This document shows positions 44,749 to 56,600 of a stretch of DNA of 64,000 bases, piece after piece (the stretch's first letter is position 1; each line of letters begins with the position of its first letter). The notes beneath the pieces were generated by a model, which did no database searches, had not been told where the DNA came from, and saw only the letters and a program-made list of their open reading frames with translations. The stretch comes from Antedon mediterranea (lineage: Eukaryota > Animalia > Echinodermata): assembly GCF_964355755.1 (NCBI RefSeq), contig NC_092672.1, positions 34,230,437 to 34,294,436 on the forward strand, read 5' to 3'. The position numbers and the translations under genes are program-made.

Positions 44749-46004
44749 TCCTCTTTCCTATCATGCCTGGTTGCCATGAAACCTCTCTGGACTGCCGATT
44801 TATCGCCAACGTGCTCCAGTGTATACAAAGCGTGAAGCCTTACAATTTTGCAATGACCAGGAACGTGACATGACTTCTACAAACCGATCTGAAATCCTTA
44901 GAAAATAAATTCAGTTTAGTGATCAATGATTCTATGTTTAGAGAAACAAATCTGTAGCCTTCAGAGTGGTGCTGTAGAGAAAGAGTTTTGTTTCGATCAG
45001 CGACGGCATTATATTCCAGTTAGAACGTGTGTCTTTTATGATTTTTTTGACGACCGAGAAACGAGAGAAGTCATTTGTTGTTTCAACAGTTAAAGTTATT
45101 TATATCAGAAGTTTGATAAACCAGTTTCATACCAATTTTCAGCAAATCAATTCAGAGAATCGAGCCATGTGCAGAAAGTGAATTGAAATTATCTCAAAAT
45201 TTTAATTTGTGCCCGGTAGCAAGAATACAGCGATTACGCACTGTGACTTTATAAGACCTGATACATCTTGTGCATCACAAAATTTAGAGTTTTTGGTTTG
45301 CGACGGACAGGTTAGGTCAGTTATTTCATTGTGCGCATAGAGGGAAGTTGATGTGCTTGCTCGTTCTATCCTTAAAAAAGTTTTGGTGGATTCTACGTCC
45401 AGGTGCCCTCGCAAATCAAAAGCACCCTATTGGAAAGTTTTTTTCCAAATACACGACAATAGTCTCTGGAGTACTGTACAACCATACGTTTGATTGGCCG
45501 ATTGATTTTATATTAACAATCCGTCTTTCTGATTGGATGATAGTTATGAGCAAGGCATTTTATGGAGACCAGGCTTCTGTGTACTGTATATGTTGTGGTT
45601 TTCATACAAACTAATTTGTACATATAGTTATGTGATCTTTATATTTTAATTTTAATACACAAACGATAATTATGTGTATGATTATATATGGGGACAAAAT
45701 TAATGTTTTTATATACAGAAGTCCTTGGGTATATAAATATAATCTATCTTTTATCAGTAATTGTGCAGGTTGTGTACTTTTTATTAGACGTCCTAGAATC
45801 GGTGCACAGTTTAGAAATTGTCCAAGAGTTCTTAAGTACAGTCTGCACAATATTTAATATTTTGAAGAAAATCTACACTATATATGCAGTTCGTTTTTGC
45901 ATTTTCGAAAGCTACAGTATCGGCGCTCCTTTAAATAAGTACAAGACTTCATTCTCTTTGAGTGGTTTAATTGTGCCATTACACCTTCCTTTCCCACCTG
46001 GTAA

Positions 46005-46561
46005 CGTAGTTGAGTGGCTGCATCCCCTCCCTCATCGGGAGGCTTAATCGAGTACCTACACCCTCCTCTCTCATCGGGAAGCTTAGTTGACTGGCAACAC
46101 CCCCTCTCTCATCAGGAGGCTTAATTGAGTGCCTCCCCCCACACCCTTCTCATCAGGAGGCTTAATTGAGTGGCTACTCCCCACTATCTCATCGGGAGGC
46201 TTAATTGAGTGGCTACACTCGCCTCTCTAATCAGGAGGCTTAATTGAGTGGCTACTCCCCACTATCTCATCGGGAGGCTTAATTGAGTGGCTACACTCGC
46301 CTCTCTAATCAGGAGGCTTAATTGAGTGGCTACTCCCCACTATCTCATCGGGAGGCTTAATTGAGTGGCTACACTCGCCTCTCTAATCAGGAGGCTTAAT
46401 TGAGTGGCCTCCCCCCACACCCTTCTCATCAGGAGGCTTAATTGAGTGGCTACTCCCCACTATCTCATCGGGAGGCTTAATTGAGTGGCTACACTCGCCT
46501 CTCTAATCAGGAGGCTTAATTGAGTGGCTACACTCGCCTCTCTAATCAGGAGGCTTAATTG
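46005..46561. repeat. 39-bp minisatellite, about 14 units, downstream of RAB35 stop
   Basis: Constant ATC(A/G)GGAGGCTTAATTGAGTGGC with alternating pyrimidine-rich variants. Confidence 0.92.
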
Positions 46562-49082
46562 CTCCAGAAAACCAGAGATCATGTTATTAAGATGTATGTA
46601 AATATTTAAACTTACTGTATTGTTTAAATGGCTGTAATTTAATAGTACAGTATTATCTATTAATACTCAATTTTAATTTGTCTATGGAATTTAAATTATT
46701 CTGCATCATATTTATTCTTAAATCTATTACAAAATATGTAAATTCATGTTTATTATGATTTCATTTATATTTCTTTAGAGTTTAAGAATATTTAAATATT
46801 TGGTGAAGCTTTGAACAATTTGTGCCTTTTAAAGATTTGGCAATTAAAAATTTTTTTTTTTTCACATTGCAAAAAAAAAGACACAAAAATAAATGTGGTC
46901 ACTTAATACAGGTGGCCACTTATGAATACAGGTGTCACTTAATAGTAATAGGTTTTTTCATAATTGCCCTCTTTATATGTTTGTAATTGTACCGTATAAT
47001 TTAGACACAATTTATGCCTTACAAATTAAAAATAAAAGTTGTATGCATTGTATTCATTAGCTCTATGTGAAGGACAGCATTAGCTATGGCTGTATAAAAG
47101 AAGTGGTAGTGCCTAATGGAATTATTGCAATGATAGAAACTCCTAGCTTTTTCTCTCTCTTTTATTGATATGAAGTCCTGCTACTCTTTTGTATAAATAT
47201 AATACCTCTGAAAAGCAGAGACTGATTGCCTGGTGACAAGAAAGGGAGGTATAGGTATTGAATACATAGTAGTATGCATATATATATATATCATTTTGTA
47301 TGTATTTAGTAAAACTACAGGTAGATTTGCGTTACATTTTATACTTGGTAAAATACATATTGTTAAGCACAATGTTATAAACTGTATTTTCAGTTCATTA
47401 TATTTAAAACTTCTATAAAGTATAATATATTAACACTGATATATTTATACAAACAAAATGTATTCAGGCATTGTGGATTGTACCATTCCTCATGAAGGGT
47501 GGTTTTGTAACCAGTGAATTTAAGCATGGCATAACTTATTAGTTATTCCATGGTAAGAAAGTTGCAAAATAATTACGTTTTATTGTTTTTCTTCCATTAA
47601 GTTTACCTCTATGCAATACCCTGTGTTTTTCCTAATGACAATTGTCACTTAATAAATCAATTAAATTGTCACTTAAATAACTATAAATTACATTAAATTT
47701 TATGCCTATTATGTTTTGCAATTCAAATTGCACCGCCTTTTATTTCTATGATAATTGTAATTGATTGCATGTCCATGACTGACTGACAAAAATAATAGTA
47801 GTCCTTTATTTCATCTTGGCATCAATTCACAAACATCACAAAAATAAAGTAAATATCTTTTTATACTAAATAAATAAAAAACTATAGGTTTTCTCGATTA
47901 CTATTTACATTTATTTGATCATTGTGCATTTTATGTTATTTTCTAACTATACTCATTATTTGTGTGTCATAAATTAATGATTAAAACAATTATGTAATCA
48001 ATTATATGCAAATCTTTGTGTTATATTAATGATTCTTTGGAATCTTGTGTATATTTTTTCGCGGCCTTATGGCATTTTGGAAGACCTCAAAAGCAACACA
48101 CTAAAAAAAAAAAAAAACCAATGAAAACTCTTGCTGCATGGGGATTTATATTTTCATGAAAATCGAACTGAGAGAAATTTATACTTTGGTTCAATAGTTT
48201 CAGATGTATCAACAAGGTACCAAAAATAAAAGTTTAGTAAAAAGTTCACAATGAAATAATGTCTGCTGCCCTCTTTTGTAAAGGGGCGTGATGAGCAGCT
48301 AGCTATGTAATATAATGAATATTCATTTGATGAAAAGAAATGTAAAATTTATTTTCTGGAATAATTTATTGTACTTTGTGAATTTAGGGTAATGATTCAG
48401 TTTCAGTTTATTTTTTATTTATGTTGTACACTCTCTATTGTTATTTGTTCAACGTTTTTTTGGAAGTATTTAATGTTTTTTTACAACCACGTTTTTTGAT
48501 GTTTTAATTTTTGGTCCCTGGGACCGCCCACAGAGAAAAAAAATTCCACACCACACACATTTTCATCGGATCGGACGGATTGCCGGTTGGAAAAACCACT
48601 GATGATTAAGTGCAGTTTTGATCGGGTATGTTGATTGTTTGATACATGATTATTATGCAGTGAGTAAAATATATTATGATGACCATTTGTATTGGTAATG
48701 TATTTAAATAAGTGGTATTGTTGCTGCTACTATATCAAATATACCTAACTAAGCCTAGGCCTCGAGTGAGGTTGAGTTGAAGAGCCGGTTCAGTGCTAAG
48801 AGAGGCCTATTTTGGAGAGGAGAACTGGACACACAGGTGAAAACATATAGTAGACCTAGGTATATGAAATTTCAGTGTTCGTTGAGCACAATAAACTTCA
48901 AGCCTTAAATAAAAATGCTAATTTAGACTGAGGCCGAGGCCTATAGGCTATATTTTTTTCCACAGGTTTATAGTAGGTACTATAGCTATACTGTCTGTAA
49001 TGAGGCATTAAATTATAATTTAAAAATAAAATTTGAACCTTTTTTAAACTTTATCATATTTTGGTGACAAATATTAATTTAA

Positions 49083-49707
49083 AGACCCCTTCCCTGCAAT
49101 TTTGGACGTTTTTTGGAAAATAATACATATATATCACTTTAAAAACATTAAACCATGTCATTCCTTGTCTTAAATGTACGTTTTATGGTAAATTATGATA
49201 AAAAGTGAGAAACATGCACTACCTAAGTAGCTCGCGGCGATCGACCTCTCGTGGACGGTCTTAGGCCTAGCCTAGCTAGGCTTAGTTTTGTAGGCCTAGC
49301 TGGTAAACATCGGTAACGTACGAACATCGTAAGCGAGCTATATACCTAGCCTGACGTTGTATAGTTGCTGCATTAATTGTCTTTCTATTTTTGCCAGACT
49401 CCGTTGATACAAATTGGGGAAAACCCGGTATTTTCGCTGAAAAGTTAGGAGTCTTCCATTTGTTTTGGCCTCACGATCGATCGAAAAGTGGGCGAATTAC
49501 AGGTGAAAAACAAAAATATCAATCCGCGCGCAATGCATTTTGGGATTTATAGCGGGCCGCTATAATTATTAGAATCGACTTATTTTTCACATTTTTAACC
49601 GTTTAAAGACGAAAAAAGTTATCGCAATAGGACCATAAAGTATTATTTTTACATTAAATATAGTTTGTGATCTTAAATTAGATCTAAAAAACGTAGGGAA
49701 TGGGGCT
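49083..49707 (+). mobile_element. Kolobok-like element, copy 2 (just upstream of first SARM1 coding exon)
   Basis: TTAA TSD, near-identical to copy 1. Confidence 0.85.
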
Positions 49708-49889
49708 TTAATGTTCATCTACTATGACTACGGTAGCAACCAATAATTGAAAGTATCAGTAAATGGCTGATAAGCTACATGCCTTTCATTACTATTTATT
49801 ATTATAACTATGAATGACAAATTTAAAAAGAGATTTTTCATTCCAGAATATGATTTACTAATTTATTGTCGCATCTGACTACTATCTGG

Positions 49890-52800
49890 ATGGGCAACAA
49901 ATGTGCTGCGTGCCGAAAAGCTGGAAGTGTTCGTAACGCAAGTCAAGAGTATTTGCCAGTAGAGCAACAAGACGGAGTTGCAATTCAAAACAGTAATCAG
50001 AATTCCGCCGTTTATTCCAGGGAGTCCGAACGAGCTGTTAGTTTTTCTGTAGGAAGTGGTAATAAAATCAACTGGAAAATGTCAGTTCCTTGCACGCCGG
50101 GTTCTCCGGGTGAAGAAGGTCGTTCGAAGATGATAGTGATGTTGAACCAGACAAGAGAATTAATTGAGAAATTGATGGCAGAGGACAGAAAGGATAATTT
50201 AGAAGCATTAAACGGCTTGTATGATATGGTAGACGAAGCGTGGAGTATACCAAAATACGGCCGCGATCTTGCATACGCCATAAGTAACGTTTTACGGGAA
50301 GATGGCGCTCTCAGTGTTGTGCTTTCCAAATGCTCATGCACCGATAAAGATATGCAGTTAGCCGGAGCACAGCTTCTTGAACAAGTTATGATAGCTTCGA
50401 ATCGGGATTATCTTGTGGATTGCGGAGTAGAAAAAGTCGTACAGCTAGCATGCAGTAGAGACGATCCGAAGTTGATACAGATAGGCATGGGGATTATAGA
50501 GAACTTATTTAAACATTCGCCGACTACGTGTACGCGAGTGATAGAATGCGGAGGACTTCATAGCATGTTGTTTAATTGTAGATCGACGGACACTATTACG
50601 CTTCGCCACTGCTCTGCTGGGTTATGCAATTGCGCGATGTTCGGCGGGCCGGTGAACCAGGAGAGGATGATCGAGCAGAAAGGCCCGGAGTGGTTATTCC
50701 CACTTGCATTTAACAAAGATAATAGTATTCGGTATTATGCGTTATTGGCTATATGTACTCTTGCGGCAAACAGTGATATACAACGCGCTGTTGTCAACTC
50801 CGGTACGTTAGATTTAGTGGAACCTTTCGTAACGTCGCATAACCCTGATGGTTTTGCCAAGAGTGACAAGGCACATGCTCAAGGGAGGTCTGAAGGATGG
50901 TTACGACTTTTGATTCCGATGTTGATGTGTGAACGAAGAGAAGCACAATGTCTTGCGGCATTTCACTTTGCGATGGAGGCGAGGATCAAAGTTGAACAAG
51001 CAAGAACAGAGGTAAGTTTTTTTTTTATTTATTGTAAATATTACATTCTTGAATTAATAGATTAAATATAATAATTCATAATAATAATAATAAACAATAT
51101 TTATATTATAATGTATATTATTGTACATTAGACACTAACTAATGGTAATAAACTATCCCCCGCCGGACACCACGGTATTTCTTAGTCGAGGTTTCGGGGA
51201 AGAAATTCAGTCTCATTCATACAATGTTTATTATTATTCAGTTATTGTGTTTCTAAAAAAAAAACCATTTTTTCAAACCCATTTCTCACAACTGACACAA
51301 CTTAAACCTAAAAAAATGTTCTAATCAAACAAATTACCGTTCACTCATTTTTGTCTAGTAATGTTGATAAATCTATGCAAGACTGAATTTCTTCTGGAAC
51401 ATTGATTTTTGTTAATTTGCATACTGTATTTCTGCATTGAATATACGCTCAGGCTGCTGAGTTCAGTGCTGTAATCACTGTACAATATGACAACATATTC
51501 CCCAAATTTTCAATATTACTAACTAGGCCTACAAATCAAGTCAATTTCATTCAATTGCGATACTGAATATTCAATATTATTAAACCGTACAATTAAAAAA
51601 AAATCAAAATATTTTAACTTCAAATGGCTCTTGTGTGTGACAAAATATACTACAACATCCAGTATTCGAACTGTATTTTATTCTCACTTTTTGGACATGT
51701 GTTTCATAAACTGGCATGCACAGACTGCAGTACGCAGTTAAGCTAAGAGAGAAAAGGGTATTAATTTTACTGTAAAAAAGAGTTGAAAATATCTTTAAAT
51801 ATAGTAAAAATCAAAGAGTACTGTATCTAATATAAACCAAACTATGCTGTACAGTACACAGTAGTAGCTTTCATCTTTCACTATTGTTTTTTTTTTTAGT
51901 AAAATAATCTTTGATTTTCCAAAAATCAATAAATGAGGAAGGAGGAAGTACTGTTGATTGTAATTAGATATGAAATATCGTTTTCAGTTGATCGATTTTA
52001 CAGATTTGGCTCAATGTGTGAATCATTGATATGTCCACTCATACTGTGTGTATGTACTGAGAGTTTAAACATAAATTATGTACAAAGTTCAATCAGTTTG
52101 CATAGACATCATAGACCACTGAATAGCATGTTTATAGTAATATAGATAAAAGATGATTAATATTCTAATGGAATTAATTATTATGCAAAATTGTCAAATA
52201 ATTAAGTCCATTGTTTCAGGTTCCTTTATAGGGTACGTTCTCCTATGAGATTGGCCATAGTTTTAAAAGATACAAAGATACTGTATACAGTATTCATCTC
52301 CCCCCCCCCCCCCTAAAATGTTACTGTTCATTGACATGTATCCCTCTATGGGGGTGTTGCCTGAATAGAGATATCCCCAAGGAGGAAGTGTACTACTGTT
52401 TACTTGCAGTTCAATTCTACTATGCAGCAGTGTACAATAAACAAGATCATTACGACCATTTGGCCTTAATTGTAGTTATCTGTGGGTTATTATATCACAT
52501 CAACTCCTTGAGGATCCCTCCCATAATTTTCAAAAAATCTCACTCATATACAGAGAGTGAGACAGTCTTGATAGAAGGAAGGTTGATGTCAGACGACATA
52601 GTCTAAAAAAACTTTTTATGGTGGCACAGAGCTACATTATGAAAAAATGTTAAATGGTATAAATCCACTGTTGACACTGGTATTTTGAAAGTGTTTTATG
52701 TGAAATCAACATTTTGAGAATTCCATCATGTACTAATAAATGCCTGTCTCTAAAATTAAACGTCTAAAATTAGTACAGTACAGTCAGCTCTCTCAAAACA

Positions 52801-53631
52801 CACAGAAAAATAAGTAAAAGGAAAAGAAATACAAACAATACTATTATCGGGTTTTATTGACGATCATTTTGGAAATTAGTTTAGGTACCGTGTGCGAAAA
52901 AACCCCAAAATAACACCTTGTAGATTAACCTTTAAAAACAATTTTTGTTGGAAATATTATTATTAGCAAAAAATTAATATTCTGACAACACAAACTAATT
53001 AAATAAAAAGTGTTTATTTTAAAACCAGGAACAAGTGTTAAAAACCTTGAATTATCAATCATTCTACATTAATAAGTCATGAAAAATGTTATGTTTAGCT
53101 GTTTATTAGAATAAGTTTAATTTTCATGTTTTTTCAGCTGGTGCAAATGAATTATTCAACTGAAAAGGTCATACGTTGCAGTAACAGATAAAAACATAGA
53201 CAAAAATTACTTAGCGCAATATCAAGGACAAATTGTAAATTATTACTGTTGTTGTTTAAAATGTAATTTAAACTGCTTGGAGAATCGACAAATTGTAAGA
53301 AATTCATGATTTGCCATACTGTATCTCAACCCAATTATTGTAACTGTACATTAACATAGGTTTTAAAACATTCTGCCAGTGAATCTTTCATTAAAAATTA
53401 TATTTTCCCCCCATAAATATAAAAAGGATATTTATTTGTTAAGCATTTTTGTCCATAATCAGAACATCATAATCAGAGATAATCATCATTATCTTAATCA
53501 TCATCATCATAATCATCATCTTAATCAATCATTATCATAATCATCTTCATCACCAACATCATCATCATAATCATCTTTATCATTATCATAAGCATCATTA
53601 TCATCATCAGAACATCATTAAATCAGACATT

Positions 53632-53693
<62 letters not shown>

Positions 53694-56600
53694 ATAAAGC
53701 TTGACAAATTAATATCTATTCTCTTTATTGCTGCCTGCAAAAGGTTGACGTTCCTTTTCTAATCACAGGTTATGATGACTAAGGTGTTTTTTTTGCTAAT
53801 CAACATATTAAGAAAGTCTGTTTAGATTATATCTTACTAGAAACAATAACACTATCATATTTGCTAACACATTTGTCTTGTTCATTAACATGTTTACCAT
53901 CTTCGTTCCCTCCGGCGCCATTTTCAGATTTATAAAATAATGAGAATTTTTAAAGTATAGTAATTCCAAAATGTTGTTAATACTGCGTCTTTAGGGAAAA
54001 TCCTTGGGAGAGACTTGAAGTCTTTTCCTTTAATTTATTCTCAGAAATTATTCTTTATATTGATTTGGTGTAATACCTTACTGATTAAAATACGAGACAA
54101 TATTCATACAATAGAATTTGTTCAGATGAATCAGGTTCAACTTTGCCAAAACAAATTTGCTTAAAGACCCCTTCCCTGCAATTTTGGACGTTTTTTGGAA
54201 AATAATACCTATATATCACTTTAAAAACATTAAACCATGTCATTTCTTGTCTTAAATGTACGTTTTGTCGTAAATTATGATAAAAAGTGAGAAACAGTTA
54301 TGCACTACCTAAGTAGCTCGCGGCGATCGACCTCTCGTGGACGGTCTTAGGCATAGCCTAGCTAGGCTTAGTTTTGTAGGCCTAGCCGGTAAACATCGGT
54401 AACGTACGAACATCATACGCTAGCTATATACCTAGCCTGATGTTGTATAGTTGCTGCATTAATTGTCTTTCTATTTTTGCCAGACTCCGTTGATACAAAT
54501 TGGGGAAAACCCGGTATTTTCGCTGAAAAGTTAAGAGTCTTCCATTTGTTTTGGCCTCACGATCGATCGAAAAGTGGGCGAATTACAGGTGAAAAACAAA
54601 AAATATCAATCCGCGCGCAATGCATTTTGGGATTTATAGCGGGCCGCTATAATTATTAGAATCAACTTATTTTTTACATTTTTAACCGTTTAAAGACGAA
54701 AAAAGTTATCGCAATAGGACCATGTAGTATTACTGTATTTTTACATTAAATATAGTTTGTGATCTTAAATTAGATGTAAAAAACGTAGGGAAGGGGGCTT
54801 TAAGGAGAGAAAATCTGCCTGGAAAGCGATCATCTTTTTTTAAAGAAAAAATCTGTACATACAATAGAACACATTTTTACTTAAGAGCAGTGGTGGCGGA
54901 TCCAGGATTTTGAAATGGTTGGGTGGGGGTCCCAGGGCCTAAAAGTAGTGAAAAGAAGTGCTGAACTTAATTTGATGTCCTATCTTTTGCATTACAATTA
55001 CCCTGAAGCGAAAGTCTTGTTTTAAAGAAATTATTTTTTGAGGTACTGTCAAATCTGAGGATCATTATAGTGATGTGATTTCTTAGTTCCATTTTGTGAT
55101 ATTTTCTCCTGGCTTGTCTGTTAAGTTCTAGTCAACAGCCATATGTTTTTCTACAAATGAAAAGTATTCTTTGTCACACTCCAGCGATTAACTTGCTCCG
55201 ACTTAGACTATATCATTATTAGGACAAAGTTCATTTTATTGGTGCTCGACTGTAGATATTTATTTTAAGACGCGAGAACAAATCTTGATGCAGTTTACCA
55301 TAAGAAAAAAAAATAGTTCCAATTACAGAGGTTAGTCAGTATGTTGTATGTTAAATGTACGTGTTTATATTTTGCACGCATGACTAGACAAGTTCAATAC
55401 GAATAAAATCTATGTGATCTTGTAATCTGTCAGAGTGAGAATTTATGAAAATGTTCTTTTTGTGACTATATTATTGTTACTAATCCTTTATATTATATAT
55501 TTCTTCTTCTTAAACGCTGGTGTTTGTATAATTCTACATTAGGATAATTTTATTGAATTTGGAATTAGTGATAAACAAAAATCCTGGTACCAGGATTTGA
55601 ATAAAGGACACTGAGATTGTAATATTTTAATTGATTTTGGAGTTTTTCATACATGGGACAATCTACAGTACTGTAAGATGTACTGACAATCCTCATCATA
55701 ATACTACTTGATCGTAATTACCCATAATTCAGTATTAATCGTAATGCAATGCGACCTTGAAAAACTCATATCTGTCTGCCGGTGACCAAGTGAGATTATC
55801 GTAAATAACCGATGCAATCGTAAACTGATGGGTTTACAAATCGTTATCGTGCACGACTTCTGAAAACTCCTAGACTGTTGAAATATATACGGTAGGCAAT
55901 CCAACATAGAAGATAATGTGTGTTCTGTTTGTATTGAAAATTGTGAAGTTTATCTTGCACTCCACAGAAATTTAATCAACTCAAAATGTTTGTTCCTGGA
56001 CAAATAAATATTTCTTAGTCACAATTGTAATACATTTATATAATCTTGAATAATTACAAAACTATATTGTAATACTGTATTGAATTCAATCTTAGAATTA
56101 ACTTTGAATATGTATCAAATTAGGTAATTATAACACTATATTCTAATTTAGGATTTGAGATGAATAATAATATTTGAAATATAAATAATTATAATTCTAT
56201 ATATTCTGATATATTAAATTAAATCTCAGGGCTCGAAATTTACTTTTTTTTCGACTAGCAAACTTTGCTAGTTGTAAAAAAATTAACTAGCAAAATCAGC
56301 AGCATAACTAGCAATCACAATTTTTTTTTCGGTAAAATAGTTAAATTCTACACAAATCTGAATTTATTTAGGTGTAGACCTATAGGCCTAGCTTTTAGGT
56401 GTAGGCCTAGCTAGCTAAGCAAAGCTGTAGTAGTAGTACCCTTTTTAGCCAAATTAAAAAAAATCAAGACATGTTTTCACGCTTGCCAAATCAAGGGCGT
56501 TTCGGCCGATGGACGATTCGTCCCGAGACGTTTCGGCCCACTTTTTTTTAGGTCGAAACATCAAACTTTTAAAATTTGAAGCGGAACAAAATTGACTAGG

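Noticed and set aside
45202-46047. cluster of short ORFs after RAB35
   Set aside because: No recognisable domains or splice structure; most likely 3' UTR.
46005-46561. CRISPR-like repeat/spacer appearance
   Set aside because: The variable parts are only about 16-19 nt, mutually related and recurring; context is eukaryotic with no cas genes. It is a minisatellite.
48395-48412. ISRE-like AGTTTCAGTTT upstream of SARM1
   Set aside because: Short motif expected by chance in T-rich DNA; no further support.
50012-50341. 109-aa antisense ORF
   Set aside because: Shadow of the SARM1 coding exon.
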